From the NCBI GenBank assembly GCA_965205505.1, contig CBDBHB010000008.1, positions 640,001-704,000 of the forward strand: DNA of 64,000 bases. Reading direction: 5' to 3'. The position numbers and the translations under genes are program-made. This document shows positions 59,485 through 64,000 of this stretch, in pieces. The notes under the pieces were generated by a model, which saw nothing but the letters and a program-made list of their open reading frames with translations, searched no databases and was not told where the DNA came from. The stretch is from Acidobacteriota bacterium. Lineage in GTDB: Bacteria > Acidobacteriota > UBA890 > WLXD01. How positions within the stretch are numbered: position 1 is the stretch's first letter; each line of letters starts with the position of its first letter.

Positions 59485-61009
59485 TCGTTCGCTGGTGATG
59501 CTCGTGGCAGCCCTACTGGCGACGAGCTCGACCGCCCAGGAACCTGTCGACGTCGACGTCGTCTCTCGAATCAAGGAGGAGGCGTTTCAGCACTCTCAAG
59601 TGCTCGACACGTTGATCTACCTGAGCGACGTCTACGGCCCGCGCCTTACCGGAAATCCGGCGTACTACGAGGCCGCCGTGTGGGCCAAGGAGACGCTGGA
59701 GTCATGGGGCCTCGACAACGTCCACTTCGATCCCTACCGGGACGACCTGCGCGGTTGGGACATCGAGTCCTACTCCGTGGAGATGGTCGAGCCGCGCTAC
59801 ATGAACATCAACGCCCTGCCCGACGCCTGGACGAGCGGCACGGACGGTGAGGTCATCGGCGAGCCGCTGCTGGTGGACTACACCTCGCTGGAAGCTCTAC
59901 GGGCCCTCCGAGGTCAGCTACGCGGCCGAATCTTACTGTCTCCGGAAGTACGCACGCAGGGCAAGCGGCGCGAGGGCGTGTTCACCGACGAGCAACTGGA
60001 CCACGCCGAGAGCCACCTCGTTCCCGACAACGACGACAACCTGGACAATGCCGACCTGGAGCCGTCGCCGGGTCGCAGAAGGGGAGGCGCTGCGGAGATG
60101 CTCGAGCGTCAGCAGCTTCTCCTGGATGAAGGGGTAGCCGCAGTCATCCGCGGCAGCGACAAGAGACCCGGCGTGCTCGACGCCAACCAACAGCGCTACA
60201 CACGCCAGGGCGACCTCAAACCGGTGCCGCATTTCGCCGTCAGCAGGGAGCAGCACGGGCGCATGCTACGGATGATCGAGCGCGGCGCCGCGATCACGTT
60301 GAGGCTCCATCTGAGCGTCACCTTCTACACCGACCCGACGTACCACACGAACATCATCGCCGAGATTCCCGGCACCGATCTCAGCCACGAGTTGGTATTG
60401 GTCGGCGGCCACTTCGACTCCTACCACAGTGGTACGGGCGCGGCGGACAATGGCGCCGGCTCCGCTACCACCATGGAGGTCATGCGCATCCTCAAGACCC
60501 TCGGAGTCGAGCCCCGCCGCACAATCCGGCTGGCGCTCTGGGGAAGCGAGGAACAGGGGTATCTGGGTTCCCGCGGGTACCTCGCCAAGTACGTCGCCGA
60601 CCCGGACACCGGTGCCGACCTCGGCGAGCTGAACCGAATCTCCGTCTACTTCAACCACGACAACAGTGGCCACAACATCCGCGGCATCCACGGCCAAGGC
60701 AACGAGGCTATCCGCCCGATATTCGAGCGTTACCTGGAACCCTTCCATGCGATGGGCGCTGAAACCGCCAGCGTGGAAAACGCCGGCGGCACCGATCACC
60801 TGGGCTTCAACGCGGTCAACATCCCGGCCTTCGAGTGGATCCAAGATCCGCTGCAGTATCACACTACGCAGATTCACTCGAGCATGGACGTGGTGGACTA
60901 CGTCACCGAAGCAGCCCTGCAGCGCAACGCCGCGATCATTGCAACGTTCGTCTACCACGCGGCCATGCGCGACGAGATGATGCCGCGCAAGAGGATCGGC
61001 GACCGTTAG
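59477..61009 (+). CDS. M28-family peptidase (carboxypeptidase Q-like), secreted
   Basis: LSDVYGPRLTG, GGHFDS, GAADNG, WGSEEQG..GS, GTDH and IHSSMD. Confidence 0.85.
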   Translation: MASRSLVMLVAALLATSSTAQEPVDVDVVSRIKEEAFQHSQVLDTLIYLSDVYGPRLTGNPAYYEAAVWAKETLESWGLDNVHFDPYRDDLRGWDIESYSVEMVEPRYMNINALPDAWTSGTDGEVIGEPLLVDYTSLEALRALRGQLRGRILLSPEVRTQGKRREGVFTDEQLDHAESHLVPDNDDNLDNADLEPSPGRRRGGAAEMLERQQLLLDEGVAAVIRGSDKRPGVLDANQQRYTRQGDLKPVPHFAVSREQHGRMLRMIERGAAITLRLHLSVTFYTDPTYHTNIIAEIPGTDLSHELVLVGGHFDSYHSGTGAADNGAGSATTMEVMRILKTLGVEPRRTIRLALWGSEEQGYLGSRGYLAKYVADPDTGADLGELNRISVYFNHDNSGHNIRGIHGQGNEAIRPIFERYLEPFHAMGAETASVENAGGTDHLGFNAVNIPAFEWIQDPLQYHTTQIHSSMDVVDYVTEAALQRNAAIIATFVYHAAMRDEMMPRKRIGDR

Positions 61010-61032
61010 CAGGGTGTACGAGCTCGCCGGCG

Positions 61033-61860
61033 CTACTCGTGGTGCGTGTAGGCCTCTATCTCGAGCTTCATGCCCGTGTACTCACCGTCCGGCGCCACGG
61101 ACGGGAAGCGGTACTCCGGATTGCTGAGGATGGCAAACACGGCGGCGTCGCCCAGCCTCAGCATCTCCCTCGTGTTGAGCCGCCATTCCTGGCCGATCTG
61201 ATCGAGGCGCCCCGGGAGATCCTGCGCGCCGAGAAACGACGTGAACGCCCAGTAGATGTACTCGGAGGCCATGCAATCGTAGTCGCATGTCTCGTCGTAG
61301 TACGAGTACCAGGCGCCATCCGGATACTCGTCGGGAACCCCGAGGAACCGCCCGCCGCGTGCCAGATCCATCGCGTTGGCGATTTCGGTACCCGGTACGC
61401 GACCGAACACCGAGGGGTAGGCGCCGCCCCATCCATAGTCCGACACCATGTGCAGAATCTCTTCCAGAGCAGTATCAAACACGCCTCGGGCTCTCACGCC
61501 CGGTCGGGTCTCTTCGTCGTAGAGACCCTGGCCGCGCGGGCGCTCGCTCCGGGGCATGCCCCGGGTCTCGCCCTGCGTCTTCGTCATGGCGATGGCCCCA
61601 CCCTGGTCGAGCAACGCTTGCATGATCTTCGGGTTGTCGGGCACACCGTCTTCGTCGTTGTCGATGTACTGTGCCAACACGCCTGCCGCGTGCAGCAGCT
61701 TGTCGTTGCCGGTGGTGTTGGTGGCGTAGATCGGCACCCCGAACACATCGACCTTCTTGGTAAAGGCCACCCCGCGCGACTGCTGAGCGCGCAGCGCGGA
61801 AGCAGACAGCAGCACGACACCGATACAGGACACACACAGCGTCAGCTTACGCAGGTTCAT
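61033..61860 (-). CDS. Secreted hypothetical protein, possible zincin-like fold
   Basis: Signal peptide; DNDEDGVPDN, EEILH and YYDETCDYDCMASEY.YW. Confidence 0.6.
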   Translation of the reverse strand: MNLRKLTLCVSCIGVVLLSASALRAQQSRGVAFTKKVDVFGVPIYATNTTGNDKLLHAAGVLAQYIDNDEDGVPDNPKIMQALLDQGGAIAMTKTQGETRGMPRSERPRGQGLYDEETRPGVRARGVFDTALEEILHMVSDYGWGGAYPSVFGRVPGTEIANAMDLARGGRFLGVPDEYPDGAWYSYYDETCDYDCMASEYIYWAFTSFLGAQDLPGRLDQIGQEWRLNTREMLRLGDAAVFAILSNPEYRFPSVAPDGEYTGMKLEIEAYTHHE

Positions 61861-61935
61861 GTTGCTTCCTTCCTCCATTCGGGTCGGGCGCCGTAGCGAG
61901 GCCGATCTTGATGGGGGGTCGACCGGGGATCACAT

Positions 61936-62721
61936 GTGAGTCGATTCCAGGAGTCCGAGCGGCGCGCCCCCGCCGCGGTGTGGAACTTGTTTCACGAGCA
62001 TACCGAACTCCGTGCGGTCATCGACGCCGTTCTGGAGGGTCGGGTGGGATCTATTGACCATGCTTGTGAATCGAGTCTGGCCGCCGCCATGCTGCGCGTG
62101 GGCTGTTACAGCATCTTCGGGGGCGACGCTGAAAGCGTGGCAGGCGAAGTGCTAGTCCGTGGTGCCGCCGGCCCGGTCGAGTTGGTCTACGCTGGCGAGC
62201 CTTGGCGTCGTCGCATCGTCGCGATCCATGGACACCGAGCCGTGCCGGATCCGATGCAAGGCTTCGACCCCTCCGGGCTCGACGCCGCAGCGCTCTTGCG
62301 GTTGGCAAGCGAGATACCGGAGGGCTTCGAGGTAAGGCCCCTTACGCGGGCCGACGCCGCGGCCCTCGGGCCAGATCTGTCGCCCAACGGCATGGACGTA
62401 TACGAGTCGCCGGATGCGCTCGTGGAGTCGGGCGCCGGCTGTGTGGCCGTCACTGATGACGGCCAGCTGGCTAGCGTAGCAAGCTCGTACGCCGCCGCAC
62501 TCGAACGAATCGAGGTGGCGATCTCGACCGCCGAGCCGTGGAGAGGTCGAGGTCTGGCGACCGCGGTCGCCGCCCGCTTGCTACACGATTGCCTGGAACG
62601 TGGCGTCATCCCGGAGTGGAACGCGGCAAACCCCGTGTCGCAAGGCCTCGCGCTAAAGCTCGGCTATCGCGTTGGCGGCACGGTGACCATCCTGCGACTT
62701 GGTGGCCGCAACCCGGCCTGA
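61936..62721 (+). CDS. GNAT-family acetyltransferase
   Basis: IEVAIST...WRGRGLAT and W.AAN..S..LA.KLGY. Confidence 0.8.
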   Translation: MSRFQESERRAPAAVWNLFHEHTELRAVIDAVLEGRVGSIDHACESSLAAAMLRVGCYSIFGGDAESVAGEVLVRGAAGPVELVYAGEPWRRRIVAIHGHRAVPDPMQGFDPSGLDAAALLRLASEIPEGFEVRPLTRADAAALGPDLSPNGMDVYESPDALVESGAGCVAVTDDGQLASVASSYAAALERIEVAISTAEPWRGRGLATAVAARLLHDCLERGVIPEWNAANPVSQGLALKLGYRVGGTVTILRLGGRNPA

Positions 62722-62772
62722 CGGGCCCGAGGGCGCGGCGTCGAGCACGATCGACGGGTCGACGAGCGCGCC

Positions 62773-64000
62773 TCAGTTGTTATCGACGAACTGTGCCAGG
62801 GGTTGCTGCAGAGTCGGCGTGCCGAGCTCTTGCAGCTCGTACGTCACCCGTAGGGCCGGGACGTTGATCTCCACCAGGTGGCGCAGATCGATCGGCGTCG
62901 CGATCAACACCAGGTCGCAGGGCGTAGCATTGATCGTCTCCTGCAGCTCGTTGATCTGCTCGTCTCCATAGCCGATTGCCGGCAGACACATCTCGGTCTG
63001 GTCATACTTGGCGAAGGTCTCGGCGATGCTGCCGACGGCGAACGGACGCGGATCGACGAGCTCGGCGGCGCCGTACTTCATCGCTGCGATGACCCCGGCG
63101 CCGTACTCCATCTCGCCGTGGGTAAGCGTCGGCCCGTCCTCGATGACAAGCACACGCTTGCCGGCGATCTCCTCCGCACCGTCGACGAACTGTGGCGAGG
63201 CCGCATCGATCACCAGCGCACCAGGGTTGCACGCAGCGATGTTCTCGCGCACCTCCTGGATGTTCTCCGGCGCCGCACTATCCATCTTGTTGATCACTAC
63301 GATATCCGCACGACGCAGATTCGCCTCGCCCGGGTAGTAGCTGACCTCATGGCCCGGCCGATGCGGGTCGACGACGACGATCTCAAGGTCGGGGGCGATT
63401 AGCGGCAGGTCGTTGTTGCCGCCGTCCCAAACGATGATCTCGGCCTCCTTCTCGGCCTCCGCAACGATGGCGCCATAGTCGACCCCGGCGTAGACGATGG
63501 CGCCGCGGCGCACGTGCGGCTCGTACTCCTCGCGCTCCTCGATGGTGCATTCGTGCTTGTCCATGTCCTCGAGCGTTTCGAAGCGCTGCACACGCTGCTT
63601 CACGAGGTCACCGTAGGGCATCGGATGGCGGATGACGACGACCTTCTTGCCCAGCTCTTGAAGTACGTCCACTACCCGGCGGGTCGTCTGGCTCTTGCCG
63701 CAACCCGTACGCACGGCGCAGATCGACACCACCGGAACCGCGGCACTCACCGTGCCGGTCTTCATGCCCATCAGCCGGAAATCGGCGCCCGCGGCGGTCG
63801 TGCGCGACGCCAGGTGCATCAAGTACTCGTGTGAGACATCGCTGTAGGCAAACACGGCCTCGTCGATATCGTGCTCGCGGATCAGCGCCTCGAACTCGTC
63901 CTCGGCACGAATCGGAATCCCCTCGGGGTAAAGATCGCCCGCCAATTCGGCCGGGTAGGTGCGGCCCTCGATATCGGGGATCTGGGTCGCCGTGAACGCC
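62773..64000 (-). CDS. COG2403 P-loop protein (cyclic 2,3-diphosphoglycerate synthetase-like / ArcE-like), 5' end beyond the window
   Basis: AFTATQIPDIEGR.YP, AVRTGCGKSQT, RHPMPYGDL, TIEEREEYEPH, WDGGNND and EDGPTLTHG. Confidence 0.8.
   Translation of the reverse strand, partial: AFTATQIPDIEGRTYPAELAGDLYPEGIPIRAEDEFEALIREHDIDEAVFAYSDVSHEYLMHLASRTTAAGADFRLMGMKTGTVSAAVPVVSICAVRTGCGKSQTTRRVVDVLQELGKKVVVIRHPMPYGDLVKQRVQRFETLEDMDKHECTIEEREEYEPHVRRGAIVYAGVDYGAIVAEAEKEAEIIVWDGGNNDLPLIAPDLEIVVVDPHRPGHEVSYYPGEANLRRADIVVINKMDSAAPENIQEVRENIAACNPGALVIDAASPQFVDGAEEIAGKRVLVIEDGPTLTHGEMEYGAGVIAAMKYGAAELVDPRPFAVGSIAETFAKYDQTEMCLPAIGYGDEQINELQETINATPCDLVLIATPIDLRHLVEINVPALRVTYELQELGTPTLQQPLAQFVDNN

Noticed and set aside
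5604-63834. Numerous long alternative-frame and antisense ORFs (e.g. 5604..6683, 8179..9108, 31188..32177, 43141..44196, 53826..54974, 60835..61896)
   Set aside because: Typical high-GC shadow ORFs overlapping well-supported genes, with no family motifs.

Overview
GC-rich bacterial chromosomal window. The gene content (PadR plus duplicated orphan 'ADOP' permeases, many exported S9/M20/M24/M28 peptidases, DUF885, Tat-exported hydrolases) suggests an Acidobacteriota-like heterotroph; this is inference. The left edge holds the 5' end of a P4-type tyrosine integrase next to a 5'-truncated ABC permease, i.e. an island junction. Main blocks: secreted hydrolases; two DUF885 paralogs flanking a cyclophilin; an AT-rich island before an HD-GYP gene; a DEGS-like lipid desaturase; an orphan RnfD/NqrB-like membrane protein with Cys-rich repeats coupled to an FGE-fold lipoprotein; a heme operon (hemF-H-A-C-D-B-L-[OmpR regulator]-E) with a TGACA-N6-TGACA box before hemA, resembling Leptospira HemR but with no kinase; Rieske oxygenase/SDR genes with a deletion scar; a Dpp ABC transporter interleaved with hydantoinase A/B; and a COG2403 (ArcE-like) gene at the right edge. 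Intergenic DNA carries a 281-bp MITE with perfect 35-bp terminal inverted repeats and several CTAG-anchored dispersed repeats. About seven small frameshifts probably reflect long-read consensus errors. I saw no rRNA, complete tRNA or CRISPR array. All calls come from motif recognition by eye; no searches were run.
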